DNA from: Lobosporangium transversale
Taxonomy: Eukaryota
Reading direction: 5' to 3'
DNA length: 64,000 nucleotides
NCBI RefSeq assembly: GCF_002105155.1
Contig: NW_019029002.1
Location: 62,001-126,000 of the forward strand
Positions 56,541-64,000 of the stretch are shown here, one piece after another. Under the pieces are notes generated by a model that ran no database searches, was not told the DNA's origin, and saw only the letters and a program-made list of their open reading frames with translations. Position 1 is the first letter of the stretch. Every line of letters begins with the position of its first letter. The translations under genes were made by a program, and so were the position numbers.

Positions 56541-57086
56541 GACTTGTTCGGAACAACGCATCATACTGACTCTTTTTATTGTTGCTATTATGATTATTAA
56601 AAACATAGTGCTATAGCACACGGGATTTCTCACTTGGTTGGTTCGATTGAGGTGGGAAAAGTTGCGGATCTAGTTATGTATGATCCTTCATACTTTGGCT
56701 CTAAACCTCTTCATGTCCTCAAGTCTGGTGTGATCACATATTCTGCCATGGGCCTTGCAAATGGAAGTATTCCATCCACACAGCCCGTCATCGTTCGTCC
56801 CATGTTTGGCTCTCTTGGCAGTGCAGCTGCAGCTAATTCTTTTGTATTCATGTCGCAAGCGGCTGTAGACCTCAACCGTGGCAAGGATTATGGCCTAAAA
56901 AAGAAGGTTGCAGCCATCAAGAACTGTCGCGATATATCCAAATATGATATGAAGTTAAACGATCTATGTCCTTTGGTTGAGGTTGACCCTGAATCGTTTG
57001 AAGTTAGTGTCGAAGGCGTTATCATTAGTGATATGGTAAAGCCTGCCGATACGCTTCCACTAGCACAAAGCAAATATATTTTTTAA
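53584..57086 (+). CDS. URE1: Urease (fused gamma-beta-alpha eukaryotic type); 3 introns
   Basis: [41 protein letters not shown]; nickel-site motifs [42 protein letters not shown] and SSDAQAMGR all intact. Confidence 0.98.
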
Positions 57087-57539
57087 TACATTCATAGACC
57101 AAGCCTTTCATCATTCATTGGAAATTCTCTACCTAATAAAGCATTGTAGCATAGCACAATATTTACGTCCTATTAATTATCACGCTGGTTTCGTCGTGCA
57201 GCACGATAACGGTCCAAAAAACACGGCAAGAGTTATAATCAACGTATCTGACTAAGGAGAAGGATACGTCCCTATTTTAGCCGATGAAGTGTATTGACCT
57301 CATTTCCATTGAATGCAAATGAACCGAACTATAGATGAGGCTTGAAAAGTGCTTAGAGCGGTCGCGAAGTAATCATGGGTTGAGCGATCAAGATTCCGGT
57401 AATGTTCCGTCGTAAGCTCCTCATCACGGCGGGCCTCGGGCTGTCCATATTGCAAAAGGCTGGTATAGTCCGTAATAAATTGAATGATGACAGGAGGATG
57501 AATAAAAAGCGCTTGATTTCAGGGCAACGCCAAAGATTC

Positions 57540-57573
<34 letters not shown>

Positions 57574-57626
57574 GGTTGTCAATTCAATTGAAGCTTTTTT
57601 TTTATAACGCCATGAGGTCATGCAGA

Positions 57627-57641
57627 ATTTATGAAATATCT

Positions 57642-57676
<35 letters not shown>

Positions 57677-57711
57677 ATAGCAAGGACCCACGATTTATGA
57701 AATATCTCCTT
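57627..57711 (-). mobile_element. Ultra-short poly(A)-tailed retroposed insertion with 19-bp target-site duplication
   Basis: ATTTATGAAATATCTCCTT (57627-57645), then a T run and GATAGCAAGGACCCACG, then ATTTATGAAATATCTCCTT again (57693-57711). Confidence 0.7.
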
Positions 57712-57747
57712 CGGTCTTAGTCCCTAACATCCTAGTCAGGGTCATAG

Positions 57748-57786
<39 letters not shown>

Positions 57787-58004
57787 ATAACAAGGACCCT
57801 CAGGGTCATGGGATTTATTTTCTACGCTCTATGAACAAAATGCTCCAGAAACTATAGTCAATAAACAGTTATTACTGCACAATGGTTGTCAGCTTGATAG
57901 GATTTTTTTTTCTTTTTTTTTCTTTTTTCATGCAAGGCGTGTTCAAAAGCTGAAAAATAGCTATAAAGTTCGGAATGAGGAAGTAGTGAAGCAAGGAAAG
58001 AAAA

Positions 58005-58128
58005 GAAGGGGTGGCCGAGCATGGTTTAAGGCGCTGCATCCTTTAAAATTTGTTTGGTACTTGCTGCCAATCATAGCTAATGCAGTCTATCTATCCGATA
58101 GTCGTGGGTTCAAATCCCTCCCTCTTCC
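58005..58128 (+). tRNA. Type II (Ser/Leu-like, long variable arm) tRNA-like gene with abnormal interrupted anticodon loop; possibly a pseudogene
   Basis: Acceptor GAAGGGG/CCTCTTC; D arm TGGCCGAGCATGGTTTAAGGC; anticodon stem CTGCA/TGCAG enclosing 42 nt; variable arm CTATC/GATAG; T arm GTGGG-TTCAAAT-CCCTC; TTTT follows. Confidence 0.65.
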
Positions 58129-58582
58129 TCTTTTACTTCTTTGGCGATGCTCCGGATGGGCTATGAAGAATAGAGAATGGAGGCGTAGAAGATTCTTTTT
58201 TTTTTTTTTTTTTTTTTTTTTGTTTGATAAATTTACTTTTTGGGTTTGGGTGCTGTGCCCAAACTTTAATTATGTAGTACCTTTAATTTTGTCACACAGA
58301 TTTTTAAGCATTGTTGGTTTTAGTTTTAGTCACGTGTAGAGGGTTCGCCACCAACTATTTAACGAGCAACAGCTCAGGAAAATCTGGCTCCTTGTTCCTT
58401 ATTTTTACACAAGAGCCATTTGAGTACTGACTGTTCTCGTCCAGTCTTTGAGTAGTGTGTGTGTTCTTTTATTGTGTTAGAATTATTTATCTATCTGCAG
58501 CTGGAAGTGACCGGCTTCATAATCCACCAAAACGACCTAAATCTCCTACCACATCTGCCCCTAAATTTTGCAACAATATTTC

Positions 58583-58599
58583 TGGTGATCTACGCAGGG
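58583..58599 (+). promoter_or_regulatory. Primer-binding site of the LTR retrotransposon (probably tRNA-Val-type)
   Basis: TGG-T-GATCTAC-GCAGG-G fits the complement of CCA + discriminator + 7-nt acceptor strand + T-stem. It lies 7 nt after a ...TGCAACA putative LTR end (58575) and 30 nt before the gag ATG. Confidence 0.7.
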
Positions 58600-58612
58600 G
58601 GTGGCAGCTACA

Positions 58613-61600
58613 ATGTCTTCCAATTTATCGATTCTTCTTACCATGATCCCGAAGTGGCCGTCGGCAGAGGCTGAGGGTCTAACCGCCGCGACATGGATCA
58701 GCGATTTTGGAGGTGTTATCGAAGGAGAAACCCTGAGCAACAAGTTGATGTTCGTCGAGAGGCAGGCGACAGGCAAGATCCAACGCTGGATCAGGCGCTG
58801 GAGGATGACAAACAAGACGAATGGTGCCTGGAGCCAGTTCGTCAGCGATTTCATCATGGAGGCCTCTACCCCTAGAAGCCAGGATGTCACCCTGGACGAG
58901 TTGCATTCTATTAAGCAAGGAGAAGATGAGACGACAGCCAACTATGTACAACGAATGAAACTTACCATGGAACTCCTCGACCCAGAGTCTGGTTGCGACG
59001 CACAGCCGTACAAGATCCCAACAGCCACCGAGCGTCTACTGGCGTACAGATTTTGCAAGGGTTTGAGGCAAGACCATCCTTTCAAGGTCAAGAACAAAGA
59101 AGCGCCTGCGACCTTGAAGGAAACCTTCGAATCAGTGACACAATTGGTTGAAGGAAATCGTTGGGGCATTGACACCACTGAGAGCCGTGTCATAGCTCGC
59201 AGCAACGCTGAGCATGCTGCACCAATCGAGACGAATGTTCTGCTTGGATCGACCCTAGTGCCGAGGACGCACTACTCTGGCTTCCTAGCGGACTTCAAAG
59301 ACGACAAAGAGAAAGTTAATCAATTAAGCGTAGACGAATTAACAGACATGTTCGGAGCCTGGACCCTTGCTGCCGAGGAGCGAACTCCGGAGGCGCGAAT
59401 CGCTCAGACTATCTCAAGAATGAGCCCGGCTGTAGCGAGGCGAGTGTTTGGTTCCTCTGAATTGGCCAAGCATATTAGAGTGGAGGCTAGACCTAATGCC
59501 GTGCTCCAACCCGCCGAAGTTCGAAGTCAGCAGGCTATCCCTATGGCCCGTAGAACCTGCCATAAATGTAATCAAGAGGGGCACCTCTTGTCGTTCTGCC
59601 CATTGGTGGAATGCTTCCGATGTGGCGAGCGAGGCCATACTTCGAAGGTTTGCACTAAGGAACAAGGAAGCCCCGCCACAGGCGCCAATAGCGTCCCATT
59701 GGCCACTCAAACTAACTCCTCGCTAAGAGTGCAAAGTTTAGAAATCTCCGCCACTAATGTCGCCCAATCATTTATCACGACTAAGCCACAGCGATTAAAT
59801 TCGACAGGTGCCCAGCGACGTCGCAGTGAGAGGACAGGCACTCCTGCAGGTCCATCGTCTCAACGAAGAGAGGAAACGAGAGGCACTACTCCACCTGTCC
59901 GAGGAATGCAGTGGGAGGCTGAGGCATCCACTAGTAGTGCGCAACCTTCTGGGGACCCCCACTTCCAGACAGTGACTTTTGATGACAGAGCGGTCGACGG
60001 GCGAGAGAATAATGTTGCAGAAGCTCCAAATGCGACGCCAAAGCGTACCAGGAAGCGTGTCATTCCTGATCCAGTGTTCGTTGATGCGGTCGAAGGATTG
60101 AATTTTGATTTGGCCACTCACTCCAAGTACCGTGGAAAGATGGCAGTGCAACTCAAGGCAGCTGTTACCGAGGCCTGGGCCCGCCATGCCCCTCCAAGAA
60201 GAAGCAAGCCTAAGAGGAGTCAGTCAGCAATAGCTATGGCCAGGAACGTTCAAGGTGGCAAAGGTGATGTCACGACCGTCACCGCCTTGGGACGAGACTT
60301 CAACAACGCCGTTATTGATCCAGGCAATGACCATACTATGATGGGCCTACATGTGGCAAACGCACTCGGACTGAAGTTAGAGCCTGCTACTCGTGCGGTG
60401 CTATTGGCCCATGGGTCCTTCCAGAAGCTTGCGGGCCGCACAAGACCTATCGATATTTATGTGTCCGGGATCCCCTTGAGAATGTCGATGGGAGTGATCG
60501 ACTGTAAGGGCACATATGACTTCCTCCTTGGCGATGACTGGCTCAAGGCGCTGAAAGCCAAGGCTGATTGGAGCAACGGTATCGTGTACTACGTGGAGAG
60601 TGAGGGAAGGACTATCACCCTTGGTGGCGGTCTAAATGTTCGCGCCTCAACCCCTCAGCCTACGACATCAACGTACTTGTCTGATGAGAACGATGAGTAT
60701 GATGATGAGTACGACGACTATGAGGATGACGAATCAATCTACGAGACGGAAGAATCCGATGCTGATGCAGGGTACAGAGCCTTGAGAGTGAAGACAATAG
60801 AGGTCGGTGACCCGGATCTGCAGGCGATGACCGCAAGAGTGTTCTCTAGCAAGATACAGTGCGAGAATGACGATGCTCGCGTAAAAAGGCAGCCGTTCGC
60901 GGTTGACGGAGTCAACGTGGACATCAACCCAAATTTGTCCAATGAGCAGTACGGACAGATTGTGGAGTTACTTGAAAGGAATAAGGACAGGCTGACTACC
61001 AACCTTGAGGACCTCGAAGTGACGTCTATTTTAGAACATGAGATCAACATTCAACCAGGCGCCAAGCCAGTGTACGTAGGATGGTGCAAACGGTACTCGC
61101 CGAAGGAGCTTGACTTCCTTAAGAAGAGTGTTGATGATGAGCTTAAGGCAGGAAAAATCATAGAGATGGAGAGCGAGTGGTGCGCGCCGCTGAGTCTTGC
61201 TCCTAAGAAAGACGGATCCTTGCGCAAGTGCGTCGCATACATAGGCCTAAATAAGGTTACCGAAAGGGAGAGCTGGCCACTGCCAAACATCGAGGAAATA
61301 CTTGACAACTTAGGCGGATTCGAGTACTACAGTAGCCTGGACGGATTTCAAGGTTATTACGTGATTGGCATCAAAAAAGAGCATGTCAAGTATCTTGGCT
61401 TCCGTACGCCTTTTGGGACGTTTGCATACAAGGTAATGCCATTTGGGCTCAAGAACGCGCCACATACCTTCAGTCGCTTCGTTAGAAAAGTGTACTCAGA
61501 CCTTATCGGAAGAGTGCTTGAGGCGTACATGGACGATGTGTGCGTGCGCACGATGACCTGGGGAGAGCATTTGAGAGCCCTCGATCATACGTTTGCGGCA

Positions 61601-64000
61601 GCTCGCGCAGGAGGAGTCAAGTACAAGACTAGTAAGCTCCATTTCGGGTATGACAAGGTGAAGTTTACTGGCCACGTGGTCGGCAAAGATGGAATTGAGG
61701 TCATGCCAGACAAAGTTGACAAGGTCAAGAATTTCACCCCATTACGTAGCAAGGAAGATGTACGTGCATTCTTGGGCTTGACGGGCTACTATCGAAGGTT
61801 CGTCGAAAGCTACGCTCAGATTGCAGAGCCGCTGACGAGGCTCCTCAAGAAAGGTGCAAGCTTCACCATGGGTCCTGAACAGGTGGCCGCAGTAAAGGGT
61901 CTCAAAGCCAAGTTAATTCAAGCTCCGGTACTTAAGGCTCCAGATTTCGAGAAGGATTGGGTGGTCTCGTGTGACGCCTGCAAATACGCTATGGGCGCAG
62001 TGCTAGAACAAGAAGATGAGGAGGGTAAGTTGAGACCGGTCTACTTTTACTCGAAGACCTTTCAAGGAGCCGAACGCAACTACTCTACCTTTGAGCAAGA
62101 GTGCCTCGCCGTTGTCATAGCCGTCAAGAAGTTTCGGCCTTACATCCTGGGTAGGTCCGTTGTCGTTTACACAGACCATGCGCCACTCAAATGGTTGTTT
62201 TCCAAGACTGATCTGACTGGTCGACCTGCGCGGTGGCAGATGATTCTGTCGGAATTCGAGCTGGTCATTAAGACCAAACCAGGTACGAAGAACGGCAATG
62301 CAGACGGGATGAGTCGCATTATGTCGGAAGGAATAGCCACGGATGACATCGATGACGAGGTGCCAGAGTGTCTGAGCCGAAGGGCAGAATCCACAGGAGA
62401 AAAGTGGCTGGCGAGCCAATGGTACGCGAACTTCTACATGTACCTAGCCGAGATGAGACTGGAGTTAGAAGACAAAGTTGAAATGAGGAGGATCAAGAGA
62501 CAGGCATACAGGTTTCGACTGACGAAGGAAGGTGACCTACTGTATAGAGATGCCGACAACAGAGAGAAGAGGTGCGTAGTTGAGGATGAAGTCGAGGGTG
62601 TGCTGAAGGAGGCACACGACAAGGGCGGTCACTATGGAGCAGAGTCTACCCTAGCAACAGTTCGTGACGTGTGTTGGTGGCCAACGATGAGACGGGATGT
62701 ATTCCACTGGGTCAAGTCTTGCGGCCGTTGCCAGCAATTTGGAAGTCGAGTGAAACATAACAGGTTGCATCCTACGGTCTCCGAGTTCCCATTTGAAGTT
62801 CTCTTCGTTGACTTGATTGAGAACTTAGTCGAAACGCCTAGGGGGATGACCACCATAGTCGTCTTCACAGATTCCTTCACCAAGTGGACTGAAGCACATG
62901 CAGTGGCCAACAAAGGCGCGCAAGGCGTCCTAGCTGTTCTATTTATGAAGATTATCTGTCGGTTCGGGCTCCCTGTTATGATTAGATCGGATGGAGGCCC
63001 CGCATTTCGTAACGAATTCAAGACTTTCTGTGACCTCTGGGGGATCAAGCACGTCACTGGTTCGACAAGGCATCCGCAAAGTCAGGGACAGGTCGAGGCG
63101 ACAAATAAGCTTATCGAGGAGCGACTGAGGAGAGTACTGCCAGCTGGATCTAAGGATTGGGATGCATTCCTACCGAAAGCAGTATTCGACGTGAATTGTC
63201 GAGTCGTTAGGAGCACAGGAGTGTCGCCAATGGAAGCACTTATGGGCTACACAGGACAGTCAGCGTTACGGCGACTGTTCGCGGACGACAAGTTCCTCGT
63301 TTCAGCAGAGGCACCGGAAGAGAACGATGTAGTCCTAGAAGAAAGCATGGCGAGATTTATCGTAAGAAGAGAGGGAATCCGTGAGTATGCATACTCATGC
63401 AAGCTTAATGCCAATGACAGGATGAAACGTTACTATGATCGACGTGTTCGCCCACAATCGTTCGAAGTAGGATCAAGGGTTTACATGTTCAATTTGGATT
63501 TCGTCACAGGCTTTGGACGCAAGCTGGAGCCGCGTTGGTTAGGTCCATTTGAAGTAGTCTGGGCGAATGAAAAGGGATCATATGGGATCAAGACGGGTCG
63601 AACGCATTATGGCACAAAGGATGGGGTAGAAACAATTAATGGAGACTTCCTCAAGCTCGCAACTCAAAGGCAACGATTATGGGAAGATGATTTTATTGAG
63701 AACCTACAGAGAGCTACTGAGAAGAATCCCCACTACGCCGACACCGAACAACCTCTCGCGCCAGATCAATTACACCAGCCAAGTCTGGGTCGGGGGCGGG
63801 AGGACACAGCAAACGAAGGCACTCCAATCCAATCTCCACATCCCTTGTCGCCAAGGACAGGTCAAGCTCAATCTCGTGACGCTCCTCAGGCGCAAGTTGC
63901 ACCTTCCGTGAACGAAGCCTCTCGCGAAGACGCGACTGGTCAGCCAAGCCTCTGGAGAATGCCACCTCGCCGTGAAGAAGATACTTCGCCCGTACGCGTT
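58613..64000 (+). CDS. Gag-Pol polyprotein, single uninterrupted ORF of at least 1796 codons
   Basis: Manual translation found no stop: QGEDETTANY (MHR-like), two CCHC knuckles, AVIDPG...FLLGDDWL (protease), MPFGLKNAP/YMDD (RT), CDAC...TDH...ADGMSR (RNase H), HHCC + DDE + GPF (integrase). Absent from the ORF track because it is open at the right edge. Confidence 0.95.
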   Translation, partial: MSSNLSILLTMIPKWPSAEAEGLTAATWISDFGGVIEGETLSNKLMFVERQATGKIQRWIRRWRMTNKTNGAWSQFVSDFIMEASTPRSQDVTLDELHSIKQGEDETTANYVQRMKLTMELLDPESGCDAQPYKIPTATERLLAYRFCKGLRQDHPFKVKNKEAPATLKETFESVTQLVEGNRWGIDTTESRVIARSNAEHAAPIETNVLLGSTLVPRTHYSGFLADFKDDKEKVNQLSVDELTDMFGAWTLAAEERTPEARIAQTISRMSPAVARRVFGSSELAKHIRVEARPNAVLQPAEVRSQQAIPMARRTCHKCNQEGHLLSFCPLVECFRCGERGHTSKVCTKEQGSPATGANSVPLATQTNSSLRVQSLEISATNVAQSFITTKPQRLNSTGAQRRRSERTGTPAGPSSQRREETRGTTPPVRGMQWEAEASTSSAQPSGDPHFQTVTFDDRAVDGRENNVAEAPNATPKRTRKRVIPDPVFVDAVEGLNFDLATHSKYRGKMAVQLKAAVTEAWARHAPPRRSKPKRSQSAIAMARNVQGGKGDVTTVTALGRDFNNAVIDPGNDHTMMGLHVANALGLKLEPATRAVLLAHGSFQKLAGRTRPIDIYVSGIPLRMSMGVIDCKGTYDFLLGDDWLKALKAKADWSNGIVYYVESEGRTITLGGGLNVRASTPQPTTSTYLSDENDEYDDEYDDYEDDESIYETEESDADAGYRALRVKTIEVGDPDLQAMTARVFSSKIQCENDDARVKRQPFAVDGVNVDINPNLSNEQYGQIVELLERNKDRLTTNLEDLEVTSILEHEINIQPGAKPVYVGWCKRYSPKELDFLKKSVDDELKAGKIIEMESEWCAPLSLAPKKDGSLRKCVAYIGLNKVTERESWPLPNIEEILDNLGGFEYYSSLDGFQGYYVIGIKKEHVKYLGFRTPFGTFAYKVMPFGLKNAPHTFSRFVRKVYSDLIGRVLEAYMDDVCVRTMTWGEHLRALDHTFAAARAGGVKYKTSKLHFGYDKVKFTGHVVGKDGIEVMPDKVDKVKNFTPLRSKEDVRAFLGLTGYYRRFVESYAQIAEPLTRLLKKGASFTMGPEQVAAVKGLKAKLIQAPVLKAPDFEKDWVVSCDACKYAMGAVLEQEDEEGKLRPVYFYSKTFQGAERNYSTFEQECLAVVIAVKKFRPYILGRSVVVYTDHAPLKWLFSKTDLTGRPARWQMILSEFELVIKTKPGTKNGNADGMSRIMSEGIATDDIDDEVPECLSRRAESTGEKWLASQWYANFYMYLAEMRLELEDKVEMRRIKRQAYRFRLTKEGDLLYRDADNREKRCVVEDEVEGVLKEAHDKGGHYGAESTLATVRDVCWWPTMRRDVFHWVKSCGRCQQFGSRVKHNRLHPTVSEFPFEVLFVDLIENLVETPRGMTTIVVFTDSFTKWTEAHAVANKGAQGVLAVLFMKIICRFGLPVMIRSDGGPAFRNEFKTFCDLWGIKHVTGSTRHPQSQGQVEATNKLIEERLRRVLPAGSKDWDAFLPKAVFDVNCRVVRSTGVSPMEALMGYTGQSALRRLFADDKFLVSAEAPEENDVVLEESMARFIVRREGIREYAYSCKLNANDRMKRYYDRRVRPQSFEVGSRVYMFNLDFVTGFGRKLEPRWLGPFEVVWANEKGSYGIKTGRTHYGTKDGVETINGDFLKLATQRQRLWEDDFIENLQRATEKNPHYADTEQPLAPDQLHQPSLGRGREDTANEGTPIQSPHPLSPRTGQAQSRDAPQAQVAPSVNEASREDATGQPSLWRMPPRREEDTSPVRV

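Larger units (their letters stand above)
58270..64000 (+). mobile_element. Ty3/Gypsy LTR retrotransposon (5' LTR start approximate; 3' end outside the window)
   Basis: Abrupt rise in GC, no introns or homopolymers, a PBS, and domain order Gag-PR-RT-RH-IN. The 3' LTR is not visible, so the 5' boundary is an estimate. Confidence 0.9.

Noticed and set aside
58005..58128. Selenocysteine tRNA or stop-codon reassignment
   Set aside because: The structure is 7/5 rather than 9/4, no TCA lies in the anticodon position, and conserved genes here end normally in TAA, TAG or TGA.
58942..63965. Antisense ORFs within the retrotransposon
   Set aside because: Short shadows of the GC-rich gag-pol frame with no independent motifs.

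Overview
AT-rich, intron-containing eukaryotic DNA. Gene content, short GT-AG introns and many long poly-A/T tracts suggest an early-diverging fungus, probably Mortierellaceae-like (inference only). Genes in order: the 5' end of an MFS transporter (runs off the left edge), a PiT/Pho89-type phosphate transporter, a small secreted protein with two MiAMP1/beta-gamma-crystallin-like domains, an AMSH/STAMBP-like deubiquitinase, methylmalonate-semialdehyde dehydrogenase, a GMC oxidoreductase, a LUFS-polyQ-WD40 (LEUNIG-like) regulator, an orphan ORF, a decayed IS630/Tc1-type transposase with nested MITE-like elements, a SERHL-like hydrolase, a low-complexity orphan, aminopeptidase P, an Uls1/Rrp2-like SNF2-RING protein, DOA1, SEC23, and a head-to-head ureG/urease pair. 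These are followed by tiny poly(A) retro-insertions, an atypical type II tRNA-like gene and an intact single-ORF Ty3/Gypsy retrotransposon that runs off the right edge. The best leads are the tandem MiAMP1-like secreted protein, the ureG-urease pair, the LEUNIG architecture in a fungus, the intact non-chromoviral-looking Gypsy element and the tRNA-like gene. All family calls come from recognising motifs by eye; no searches were run.
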